This document shows positions 26,177-38,007 of a DNA stretch of 64,000 nt, piece by piece. The position numbers and the translations under genes were made by a program. The notes beneath the pieces are model-generated. The model was not told the DNA's origin and ran no database searches. It worked only from the letters and a program-made list of their open reading frames with translations. Source of the DNA: Lingula anatina. Its lineage: Eukaryota > Animalia > Brachiopoda. How positions within the stretch are numbered: the first letter of the stretch is position 1; each line of letters starts with the position of its first letter. The DNA lies in the NCBI GenBank assembly GCA_051362555.1, contig CM120641.1, forward strand, positions 31,254,401 to 31,318,400, written 5' to 3'.

Positions 26177-28363
26177 TTAACTGTAGATCACCTTTATATC
26201 AGGCTTAACTGGTGGTGTCTGATCATGGCACTCTAAATGATCATTAGTGCACTTCGAAATTTCACCTGTAAATTTCACACACCTACTCTTTTTGACTACA
26301 CCTGTCTCAGGAAAATAGACAAGATATGAAGAGCTTCTTTTATCGTGCCCAACAAAAATTCCTTTCTTGCACCTGGGATCTAATTTGCCTTTGTGTTGTT
26401 CATAACTATAACAAGTTGAACCGAACACATGCATACGTTTTGCACTGGGTCTAACACCCGTCACTGCCTCAAAAGGCGTCATTTCAATGCGGTTGTTGTA
26501 ACATCTATTCCTAATATGTGCAGCAGCCATCACCGCATACACCCACATTACCTTGGGTAATTCTGCCTCAATCAGAAAACACCTGGCCATTTCAAATAAA
26601 GTGCGCCACTCTCGTTCTACTGTACCATTTTGATGAGGCGAATATGGTGCTGACATTTCATGCTTTATTCGATTCTCAACTAACACAGCTTGAAAATCTT
26701 TTCCAGTAAACTCTGTACCTTCGTCTGATCTCAGACGTTTAATCTTGCCATATGGCGCTATGTCTGCAATAAATTTTCTCAAGGCTTCTGCAGAATCTGA
26801 TTTTCTTCTAAGAAAATACACTGAAGTACATCCAGAAAAATCATCTACAAATGCAATACAATATCTGTAGCCCTCCTTGCTTACAGGAGTAACAGTACCA
26901 GTAAGATCAGTGTGAACTAACTCAAATGGTACCTTAGCACAACTATCAGCCACTCTGCTAAAGTGCTGTGTCATCTTACCCATCGTACACACTTCACAAT
27001 CACTAAACTTCCTATTAGTAATTTTCATGTCCTTAACTACTGATTCAAGCTTCTCAATATCTCTAACATTACAGTGGCCCAAAACCTTATGCCACTCTTC
27101 TAAGCTATGCTTGACTTCTGAATTAACATTTATATTGATACTATACAAGTAATATAGTCGACCATGTTTCTCAATGTCAAAGATAGTTCCATTTGTCGCG
27201 ATCATTTCCGCATGATCTGAATTGAAGGTGATCTGGCATCCTTTCTCAGTAGCTGCTTGCACTGAAAAAATGTTCTGTTTGTAACTTGGGACATATAATG
27301 CATTGTCTAAAGTCACGTTTGCTACATTCCCATCAGCAGTGGTCAGTGACACATTAACTTTCCCTCTTCCTTGGGCTATGCCATTGGTCCTAGTTCCATC
27401 AGCCAATTCAATAAAGTGTTTGTCTGGGTCAAAGTTTTTGTCAAATTCTATGAATTTTGATTTGTCTGTCACTATGTGTGACGTGGCTCCACAGTCCACA
27501 AGAAAACTAACATGCCCTGGTGTTTGACACATGTTTTCTGTCATTTTGAATACAAAGTTACAGTTTTCTTCAGAATTTGATACATTGTTTACTACCTTGG
27601 CATGATGTGTTCCACGCGCTTGGTTCCTCTGCTTTGACTCGTCTGCCCAGCATTCATATGATTTATGTCCTCTTTTATTGCATGTCCAACAAATCACACC
27701 TTTTCTGTCCTTTCGTTTCACATGACGCGACGAACTTGATACTTTCATTACAGTCTCTTTCTCTTTACTGCTTGTATCAGTTTGTGATTTTTCTGTGTCA
27801 TCATAGTTTTTCAGAGCTACTTTAAATTGGGTAAAGTCTAGTTCTTTCTCTCCCTGTGCTAACACTACAGAAAATGCTTTATATTCAACTGGAAGTCCTT
27901 TCAAAATCATTGCAATTAGTAAGGCATCATTTACAGTTTCTCCGGCATTATCCAGTGCAGCCGCAGCGTTTTCAGCACGAATAATGTAGTCGGTTATCGA
28001 CTCCTCAGTCTCCTTTTGCAACGACGACAACTCGGAATACATCGCTATCACTCTAGGCTTTCCTTTACCTAAGTAATAGTCTCTTAACAACATAAGAGCC
28101 TTCCTTCCGTCGTTCTCAGCGTCACGCATGACTAAGCTGAGACTTCTGTCGTCCAGACACTGTATGAGCTCTGCATACGCTGTCTCGTTTTTGGAGTGAA
28201 AATCCTCTGGCGTCTCCGCTCCCGGCAGAATCGTCTGCTTTAATCCTTGAAGATGCAGATATCCTAAAAATTTGGTTTCCCATAGTTCGTACTTCTTTTC
28301 GTCTCCATTGAATAAAAGGCGTCCTCGGGGCCCATAACCTGTTGCGCTACTGACGGATGTCAT
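26177..28363 (-). CDS. gag-pol: Copia gag-protease-integrase polyprotein, 728 aa
   Basis: CCHC knuckle CWTCNKRGHKSYEC, protease LVDCGAT, WHKVLGH..CEVC, VHTD/RSDEGTEF/NGTVER DDE core, GKLD motif. Confidence 0.95.
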   Translation of the reverse strand: MTSVSSATGYGPRGRLLFNGDEKKYELWETKFLGYLHLQGLKQTILPGAETPEDFHSKNETAYAELIQCLDDRSLSLVMRDAENDGRKALMLLRDYYLGKGKPRVIAMYSELSSLQKETEESITDYIIRAENAAAALDNAGETVNDALLIAMILKGLPVEYKAFSVVLAQGEKELDFTQFKVALKNYDDTEKSQTDTSSKEKETVMKVSSSSRHVKRKDRKGVICWTCNKRGHKSYECWADESKQRNQARGTHHAKVVNNVSNSEENCNFVFKMTENMCQTPGHVSFLVDCGATSHIVTDKSKFIEFDKNFDPDKHFIELADGTRTNGIAQGRGKVNVSLTTADGNVANVTLDNALYVPSYKQNIFSVQAATEKGCQITFNSDHAEMIATNGTIFDIEKHGRLYYLYSININVNSEVKHSLEEWHKVLGHCNVRDIEKLESVVKDMKITNRKFSDCEVCTMGKMTQHFSRVADSCAKVPFELVHTDLTGTVTPVSKEGYRYCIAFVDDFSGCTSVYFLRRKSDSAEALRKFIADIAPYGKIKRLRSDEGTEFTGKDFQAVLVENRIKHEMSAPYSPHQNGTVEREWRTLFEMARCFLIEAELPKVMWVYAVMAAAHIRNRCYNNRIEMTPFEAVTGVRPSAKRMHVFGSTCYSYEQHKGKLDPRCKKGIFVGHDKRSSSYLVYFPETGVVKKSRCVKFTGEISKCTNDHLECHDQTPPVKPDIKVIYS

Positions 28364-28497
28364 TTTAATAAAGTGGATTCAAGGAGATACGAACAAACAC
28401 GCCTTTTCACTTCAAAACAGCAAACCGGAAGAACAGGGAATGCTGGGATTTATTTCAGCATAATTAATTATGATAATTATGTTATCATATTCCAACA
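28340..28497 (-). repeat. Copia 5' LTR
   Basis: TGTTG..CAACA termini; followed on the minus strand by the PBS. Confidence 0.95.
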
Positions 28498-29280
28498 GTA
28501 GCTCATTATTAAATTTTCCCCAGCACATTGCATCTAGCACGAAAATTCATGCGTTAGTACTCCTATTGACGATTCTGATATGTACTGGCTGTACTAACAC
28601 AGTGTGCTAACACAAGGTCAATAGAGTGCTAATGCGTTTCGTACTACATTGCATCGTGATGTGAACAGTGCACAACTAACACAGTCGATACCATGTGTGT
28701 TCTTCACTTCATATGTCTTATCCTGAACTCACCGATAAAGTTTGCCAACAGAATATATAACAAAACCATCTAAGAAAAGTGCCCTGATGGAAGATGACAC
28801 TCAGTGTACAGAACGTTTGATGAAAAGTCCGGCTTTTCAGCGTCACCATTTGCACGCGCCATATGTAAACATTGTTGAGTGTAGATGGCGCTGTGCAAGA
28901 GGTGACACTTTGGATTTGTAATGGACTGCGACCAAGATACTTGTGCAAGGCGGGAGGGGGTTTGGCATTGCAACAGATATGACCAAGGTCCAGCCACTGT
29001 GATATATAAAAAATTATTGTGATACTCCGGAGAAATTATAAAAAAAGATTATCACATCAGCGCCCTCTATGCTTTATCGCTGTCTTCACTAGCACAATAT
29101 GATGAAATTCATGGGCACCGTCACAATCATGTTGAGACAGACTCTGAGAATAAATACTGTAGCATTAACCCTGTTGTAACTCAACTTCCTCAATATTCTC
29201 CCGTACCATTACGTACCCTGTCAACATTGACAATTGTCAGAGAGGAAGATTCCCGTGCAAGACCCATGCCCTCCACCCCG

Positions 29281-29309
29281 ACGCGCGCGCGCACACACAC
29301 ACGCACGCA

Positions 29310-29344
<35 letters not shown>
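29281..29344. repeat. (CG)n(CA)n microsatellite
   Basis: Directly visible. Confidence 0.9.
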
Positions 29345-29347
<3 letters not shown>

Positions 29348-30331
29348 TTTTTATGCTTTGGAAAGTAACGCGTCGGTTAGAATTGTGTTGTTAGCCGTTT
29401 ACTATTATAAAATACTCTGACTTTACAAAATGATATAGAAAAATCAAATAAGCAATTAAGAAATTTATTAAATTCCATTTAGAGTCATTCAATATTTTAA
29501 GAATTTCTTCTAACAGCTTATTTTTAATCAATAATTAAAACAAGTCATATTTTGCGCTCCGATATTTCAGTCTCCGTTGTGTGGCTTGTTCAAAAATAGC
29601 AAACTTTGACTCCACGTAGATTCTGTCGGCACTTTATGTTCCATTTGTAACGTAGCGTTGATGCTTTGCCAGTTAATTTTCCAGTGCTGCGTTTTTAGTA
29701 ATGGCGCTCTTTCTAAATAGACGTTCATCTTTGTGAAATACTATAGTAGAAACATACGGTAGTTATATAAGTAAAAAAGATTAATCTGTACAGTTTTTTA
29801 GAGACAAAAGTTGTAAAAGTTTGTATAACCTGGTGTGTTAAAGTTAAAGGACATCAGTAAACACCCCAACGCACTCAAAACTCAATTTCCCCGACTCTCC
29901 CAAACCTTTTATACCATCATCATACCCTCCCCCTCCATCATTTTTGTGCCGCTTCAACATATTTCCTTTTAATCTAATTTTCTCTATTGAATGGTTCGTC
30001 GACATCTAATTTTAACTAAAATAGCATATTGTCATTTACTGAATGGTTCATCGACATCTAATTTAAACTAAAATAGCATACTGTCATTTCCAATGACTTA
30101 TTAGGTAATTTCTTTGTAAACCTTTCATCCCCCTCCCCGTCTCGCGTTATGTCTTCACTAACACAACTGACTGATATTTGTGGAGTCCGTCACAATCATG
30201 GTTGAGACAGCATCAAAATCATCACACCGCAGCCTCTGGCTACCCTCTACCAGGGCCATAGATTGATTTTTCACCAGATATTAAAAGATGCGTCCCTGGT
30301 TAAATAGATGGCTAATCTCTGTACTGTAAAA

Positions 30332-30812
30332 CAGGGCCGTAGCCTCCGGGGGGGCAGGGGGGGGGGGGGGTGGGCAGCTGCCCAACCTGGGATTTGAGGT
30401 GCAAAAAAAAATAATAATAATAAATAATCGCAAAGGTAAAAAGAAAATAATTGCAAAGTTGGTATCAATTCTGTGAGAAAATGCACTCATGGCCACTAGA
30501 CAATCAATCAACAATCTGTTTACAAAGGTGTACTGATTTTAGCCAACTCAGTTCATGCCAAAAAGTCCAATTGGCGTGTTGTGTTGAAAAAATGACTGTA
30601 CTTATGGCAAAGTGAACCCACAATTTCTGACTTCTGATTGAGCAATAAATAACAGTTAAAATGCACCAGAATGCAGTATTATACATACAGTTTTTTAAAA
30701 TTTTCCACACCGTGGGAGGGGGACACCCCTTCCCACACCCTCCCCCCTTGGGGGGTTCGCCCCCTCGTGTCCCCTTACTGCCCCCTGGCATTTTGCTCAG
30801 GCTACGGCCCTG
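30332..30812. mobile_element. MITE with CAGG termini (hAT-like), 481 bp
   Basis: TIR CAGGGCCGTAGCCT / AGGCTACGGCCCTG; TAAAA on both flanks. Confidence 0.85.
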
Positions 30813-31625
30813 TAAAAGCAAATAATACCCACAGCATAATAACTGCGGAATATGGCTCATTTGAAATATCCACTCATATTTTGGGTTACATGTAGCAAGA
30901 AAGATTAAGAGGTTTAAAACGCGTGCGAAAGAGGGAAAAAAGTTAAAATAGGTCTAATTGAGACATTTATAAAATCGAAAACCAAATTAATTCAAATACA
31001 AGCAGGAACATTTTGGTGGACCATATTAAATTACACACAAGCATCTAGAACTAAAGTCGGAAATCACCTCTGGAGAGATTATCATTATCAGCGTTCTTAT
31101 CATTATCAGCCAAGGCTACATTTTTCACAGACGCAGTACGATGAAATCGAAATCAAATTTTTCGTATATTTTGTACTGTAGTTGTCTATGGGCTAGCATG
31201 CTTACGTTCGGTACAGGCGACGTACAATTTTCCCCACATGACCTTGAAGTTAAGTGGCGGACGCCCCACGAGTAGGGGCATATGGGCAATACATGGACAC
31301 CATAGGACATCGTATACGACAAGTGAAACCTAGGATCGGATATGTGGTAAATTTTTAATATATTTTGTTTGGAATTATGCGTACAATTTTTGAAATGTTT
31401 GCGTGCGCACCTGAAAGAAATTTCAGTCTCATATTTTTTTATTATTATCAAAAGCTGTTTGTGCGCGCGCGTGTTTGCGTGTGTGTGTGGGGGGGGGGGG
31501 GGGAAGAGGGGGTTTATAAGGATAATGAAACCAGATCCGCTCATTGCTCAATCGATTGGTTTCCTAGATTTAATTGTATTGTCATCACAGCCACGTGCAG
31601 TGAGTATTACTATCGTATTTACTAT

Positions 31626-32009
31626 CGAATTTATTTGAAGAGAGGGTGTATATCGTAATGAAAATGATTAAAAGTACAGACACAAAGTTGTGATCGTAAT
31701 GAATACATTGTACCTTTCATAACTGATACAATATACATTTGTTAAGAGGTTAAACAGTGTAAGTAAGAGAGTTAAAAGTGCATGTGTTGTTCAATAATAA
31801 CAAAAGAATAAGGGAGTATAGTTATCATTCCTTCAGGATGATACAATGAAAAATCCGTATTAATAGAAATGGCGACCCAAGGTCAAGTAACATACCATTA
31901 CCTAATAAGAGAATGATTATCTTTTGGTAATGACGTAATAATGGAAAGTTACGGAAAAAGGGATAATCATAGACATTGTGTAAGAGCTGAGGAATTATTA
32001 CATTACCAA
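31626..32009 (+). repeat. Partial copy of PPT plus LTR of the env-bearing element
   Basis: Direct repeat of 35055-35433, including the PPT GAAGAGAGGG before TGTATAT (31647). Confidence 0.85.
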
Positions 32010-32059
32010 AATATAATCATTCTCTTATTAGGTAATGGTATGTTACTTGACCTTAGTAT

Positions 32060-33703
32060 TATCGCCATTGTTGGTTTCCCAAGACCATCTAAAACAGATT
32101 ATTATTCAAATTGAAAAGGAAGCACAGAAATCGATCAATCCGCTACATGTTATTTATTTAAATCCTAAATATTATTTCAATGAAGGACAATTTACATATG
32201 GAAAACACAAAAATTCATTATTCATTAACCTACAAATTCCTATTTCTGCCTATCCCCATACATTAGAGGTTTATGAAGTAAAAACATTCCCCGTTCCTTT
32301 AAATCAATCTACAAACCACGCTTCACAAATACTGGATCTACCAAAATATTTGGCTATTTCTCACGATAAACAACATTATTTTCCCATGAATAATCCTACC
32401 TGGAAGAAATGTCATGGAGATCATGTCAAATTATGTCCTTTCGCGTATCCTTTCAGGACTGCGACGCATTTCTCCTGTGTTACAGCATTATTTTTTGACT
32501 TGTCACCTTCAGACGTTATCACTGAAACTTGTAATTTCCGTTTTCTGCATAATGTCGTTCAACCCAACGTGCGCGAATTATCAAAAGGAAAATTGTTGTT
32601 ATATAATATCACTGATATAACAGTGGAGTGCCCTACAAGTACTACTTCCCAACCAGGCTGTCAATATTGTGTGATACATTACTCATGTTTTTGCGGTTTA
32701 ACCTTAGATAGTTTTTATTTGCCTCCGCGTGTTTATGATTGCAAGAATGATACATCAATTACAAAATTACACCCTGTTAATCTTGGTTTACAGCAATATT
32801 TTTATTCCAATAAAGAAATATCAACGTAATGATTTCTTTTCTCAACCCCTTGATACTAATTCTTCCAGATTACACATGTACCAACAAGATTTTTCGAAAT
32901 TTTTAGCGCAGGATATGAAAGACCATTTGAATTTAAGAAAACTAGCTCAAGCAGCAAAACACAATGAAAGAATGTATTCTTCAATGGCAGATGCTATTGC
33001 AGCAAATGAGATTTTGCTTCCATCAAATTCAAAACAATTTTTAGTTTGGATTTCCTTAGCAGTTTCGAGTGCGATTATGCTCGTTGTGATCTACTTATGT
33101 ATCAAGATTCGCATTTTAACGTTAACAGTGATGACCCTTAAAAATGTTAATACAGGTGAAACGATGCCAACTGTACTAACATGGATATTGGGTACAACTA
33201 CAAAAATTAATTATGAAGTACAAACAACTTGTGATGATCCATATTCCTTCATAACATTTCTAATTGCATGTGTTTGTGTAATTTTGGCTATAGTTTGGAT
33301 ACGAGATAAAATTATTAAGAAATTATGCATCTTCCACAAGGCACTTCTTATTTTAGAAATTGCCAATGACCAACGATGCATTACCATTCCTATTATTCAA
33401 CTGAATGGCAGTCTTCATTCCTGGCATTTTCATATGACGCAGATCTCTGATATTTTGCAAATTGAAGGTAAAATTAGATCAAATTTATTGATTGATTGGC
33501 ACGATTTGGTGATAACAAACTACGTAACTGGTCAGACAATACAACTACCAGCACGTGTTCCGATTTCGTTTATAAAAGCAATACAATTAAACAAAACTAT
33601 TGATCGCGAATTTTACAAATTTTTAGCCATTAAACATGCTGGAATGTTATCCTACATTCGATATTGTCCACCAACGTGCACCGGATCGAAATTAGAATCT
33701 TAA
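32060..33703 (+). pseudogene. env: Envelope-like (class I, F-type fusion glycoprotein-like) ORF of an LTR retroelement, 5'-truncated, one frameshift near 32820
   Basis: Cys-rich ectodomain with N-glycosylation sequons, two hydrophobic TM-like segments and a long C-terminal domain; lies upstream of PPT and 3' LTR. Confidence 0.7.
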
Positions 33704-35075
33704 ATATAACTTGATATTCTCAAACCATCAAATTTTAAAAGAACGGCATAGTAAAATTAGGGAGCATAGCAATTGCATTCATGATGTGTGTACGACAGTT
33801 TGTATTTAGAAATATTATTTATGTTAAATGTGTTTATGTGTATGGAATGTACCAATAATTAATAAATTCAGATGGACATATGACATTCAAATGAAATGAA
33901 CTGATTTTACATGAAATGTAATGAACTCTGTTCCAGAGACAAAATGTTGGAACAAATGAACATTGACTTTTAATGCACATACATATACGTATATTATATT
34001 CTTAATATTGTCACAATGAATTATTCAGTGAATGAATATGACATAATTTCATATTTAATTGACATTTATGAATGATTTATAATGGAAATATAAGTGGAGA
34101 TGTCCAATTGGATATTAGTGAATATACAGGAAACTGTGGACATTTATTCACAATAATAGTCACAAACACGGACTAGACGTTTATTTTGTTGTAAATGATG
34201 CAGAATAAACATTATTTTCATTGAATGAACTTTAATTTAATTATTCAAATTATAAAACATTATATCCTTGACAAATGGTTAATGATTTAAATGTCATTGA
34301 CATATTGCGTAATATGTTAAGGATTACTATTAAATAATATACATGTAAGTATATTGTTGTTACCTTAGACTTTATACACTTTATAACGATATATTATTAG
34401 CAGTAGACTAAATTGCATGCAAATTAATGTATTGGAATTAAGATGACATGGAACAACAAAGATAAATTTTTAAAGGAATTATTGTTTTTGAATATCAACA
34501 AATTTTGGATGTAGGTAAATGTATTATAAATAGTGGTTATTCACAACCATAAAGGAAAACACTACAGTATGGATGATAATAACAAACGAAATGCAGATTT
34601 TCACCACGGACAATGTGCTGGTCACAATGATGGTGATGATGGCTGTATATTCGAAAAGGAGTCATGACCCTATAATCCAACGTAGTGTATTTAAGAAGAT
34701 ATTATAAAAATGTGTCAGAGCCATAATAAGAGAATTACATGTTAAAGTTACACAAAATTATTAATAAAGTTCAGCATGTGTATTCTTGGGCCGCACATTA
34801 AAGACAATAAAGGAAAATGCACTACGCATCCACGCGTATCGCAAAATTTGATTATTATTATTTATCCTTTCTAATATATTCATTGTTTCATGTCAACTAT
34901 ATAACTATATATATCTATATTATACCATATTATTAAGTCTAATGACAGTATTTTAAAAATTTAAAATAGTTTTTTAGTTATGCAATGCTTGTGCTTCTAC
35001 ATTCAATAAAATAGAGAGAATGTATATCGTAATAAAAAAAAGAGAATTCGAGGACGAATTTATTTGAAGAGAGGG

Positions 35076-35619
35076 TGTATATCGTAATGAAAATGATTAA
35101 AAGTACAGATACAAAATTGTGATCTTAACAAATGTACCTTTCATAACTGATACAATATACATTTGTTAAGAGGTTAAACAGTGTAAGTAAGAGAGTTAAA
35201 AAGTGCATGTGTTGTTCAATAATAACAAAAGAATAAGGGAGTATAGTTATCATTCCTTCAGGATGATACAATGAAAAATCCGTATTAATAGAAATGGCGA
35301 CCTAAGGTCAAGTAACATACCATTACCTAATAAGAGAATGATTATATTTTGGTAATGACGTAATGATGGAAAGTTATGGAAAAGGGATAATCATAGACAT
35401 TGTGTAAGAGCTGAGGAATTATTACATTACCAAATAAGGTAATGTAGGAGAAAGACTTTGTGATACATCATGACATTGGAATGATGATCTATAGGATAAA
35501 AGAGAATACATTGTAACTGGAAAATAAGAATATACGAATAAATCTTTTAGGTTCCCAAAAGATGTGTGTTCTTCATTTATAGTACTGGCGAAATAGCGGT
35601 ACTATATTACTTATATACA
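35076..35619 (+). repeat. 3' LTR (544 bp) of the env-bearing element
   Basis: TGTATAT..ATATACA inverted ends, PPT immediately upstream, AATAAA near 35537. Confidence 0.8.
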
Positions 35620-38007
35620 ACCTATGCCAGTAATAAATTGCCTTCTATACTACTACTCTTACACTACTACTCTCACTACTACTACATCATCTTGTAGGCC
35701 TACTACTACATGCACTGGTAGTACTACTTACACTGCCACAGGTATGCTGAGGTGAGTTTTTAGAAGTCTTTAATTAGATGCTGTCGGGGACAACATGAAA
35801 ATATCTGTTCCCCGTGAGTTAGTACGACTGCTGTAACGAACTGATATTTTAATATGTCTCCCTTCCTCTCTCCTACATCCATCCCCGTTATCCCCACCCC
35901 CACCCCCACCACATTCCCCTTCAAACACTCCAATCATTGCAATACATGTACATGCTATCTCCCTCCCCTCCCCGTCTCACGTTATGTCTTCACTAACACA
36001 ATGGGGTGATGTCTGTGGAATCCGTCACAATCATGGTTGAGACGGCATCGGAATCGGCTGGAATCTTATCTCGATTGTATTGTTGAAAGGACAGGGCCAC
36101 ACAGAGTATTGTTCTTTAATGTCACAGATATTTTTCTGGCCAATTCTGCACCAGTTTTTGTGTTGTCCAGCAAGAAACTTTGAAAACAAAAATAATAAAA
36201 CGCCACCCGTCCCACAGCCTAACCCTGGAGGAGAGTAGAAGGACTGCCTATTGGTCATATTGGCTGTCCTCCTCACACTTCGGCTCCCTGGCCATGTTAG
36301 AATCAAGGAGTTATAACTCCTTGGTAGAATATAGCATATTTGTATTGTATGATCTATTAGTGTATTCATTACGGACAGGAGCGGTGCAAAACTTATATAT
36401 GATTTTCTTGGCTATGCAGTGATTTAGTTTCGAAGTTTTAAAGCCAATATTATGATACATGTATGTGAGTTGCCAGTTTACGAACTTTTTATCTGTGACA
36501 GTTCCCAAAGATTGTAAACTGAGATGACAGGTTAGAGTTATCGTTTAAGTCTGAAGTAATTGAGGTCGGCTTCTGAAGAGTGGTGCCTTTTACTGGACCG
36601 GTTCATTTTAAGAGACAATTCAATGGCTTGGAATGTACGTAAGAGTGTTACCTAAAGGGACACCCTCCCTCCTCTCTCAACACGGTTGGGTGATACACTT
36701 GGCAGTTTTAAAGCGGGAAGCAAAGTTCAGAAGAACTTGCAAAAAGTAGTAAAAGCCTCTTCAGAGTACTTACGTGTTATAAGACCTCACAAAGAGTTCC
36801 AGTTTTAACTTAAAAAATGTACCTCTCAGTGCGAACATTACTATACGTTTTGCCTGACATTACGAATGTATTGATATTTTAAAGGTGTATCAACTGCAGA
36901 AGCGTGTCAACAACTCATCAGAATTTGGTGCAATTATATATGTGCCGGCGGATTGTTTTTAACTTCTCCTGACTGGGTAGGGGTAATGGAGTATGGGTCG
37001 CTCAACGAAGCTAAATGTTTACCTGAGGAGATTTTAGTCTTGCAGTACTACCAGAGCGGATGAATGTTAGTGCTAGATATCGTTTTGTTGGTGCTAAATA
37101 AGTGTGTGGTGTGTTGGTTAATTTGTCAATTTTGTGGTTAAATATGAGCGTTAGTGCTGAAAGATCTGCGGCTAGTGTCAGTAAACGCCTAATCCGTATA
37201 CTTGCATTTTCCTCACTTTTCCTCATTAGAATTCTTTACATCACCCATTTATACCGTAGATCAGATATAAGGAAAATTACCACAAAATACTTTTATTTTA
37301 ATATTCTTTAAATAGATTGTGAATTTGAACACACGCACACACAAACCCATTCAGCAAATTCTCTTTTTATTTCTCACCGACGATATTAGATTTCTGATTT
37401 TAAGGGGATAAACGTTTTAAGTAGTTTTTTCTCTCTAAGTATCTAATATTAATTCCACTTTTAAGCCTACAGCTTATAAATATTATAATATTCAGTTCTT
37501 TATTTAGTTTTATGTCTCAAATGAAAAAAATCCGATATTTAGATTTCCAATATTTTTATTGGTTGAATTAATTTTTATCTTATTTCACTAGTTTAAAAAA
37601 AAAACAAGGTAAACATAAAACGCCCTAATCTGGACTTATAGGAAATGACCAAAACAAAATCCATTGAACGGCCCTACTGTTAGAGATCTCAGTAATCTAT
37701 TGGTAGACATATTGTCCACAGCTGCCGTAAGCTTAAAATTTCTTCCCTGGAAAGTAGATGATGTAAAGAATAGTACATTTCTCAAGACAGAAGCCAGTCT
37801 GATGTTTTCCAAATGTGTCGGGAATCTAATCCGCGAAGCAGGCGACCACTGTACCCCTAAACCACAGAGACGTACACTTAAGCTATAGGCATGGCGAGAT
37901 GGGCCTCGAACTCTCTACCCCCCCTCGACCCACCACCAAATAAAACCACCCTGGCAGTCGTGCACTTTTCTACAAGTGTGTGCAAACATTTCCTTTATTT
38001 TGAATAA

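Larger units (their letters stand above)
20608..28497 (-). mobile_element. Full-length Ty1/Copia LTR retrotransposon with two nested insertions
   Basis: 158 bp TG..CA LTRs, 5 bp TSD GTAGC (20603-20607, 28498-28502), PBS GGTTATGGGCCC, PPT AGTGGGGG, domain order gag-PR-IN-RT-RH. Confidence 0.95.

Noticed and set aside
29099-29148. C/D box snoRNA (ATGATGA...CTGA)
   Set aside because: Only ~50 nt, and the boxes are not conserved in the two paralogous copies.
30137-30235. SECIS element or multi-UGA selenoprotein tail on the minus strand
   Set aside because: Helix II pairs poorly, the apical AA is not conserved, and the TGAs align to CGA in the paralogue (CpG decay). Kept only as a low-ranked hypothesis.
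31647-35619. Intact non-autonomous LTR element with a normal 5' LTR
   Set aside because: The upstream copy is partial, carries a PPT, lacks a PBS, and no TSD is visible; it is a rearrangement.
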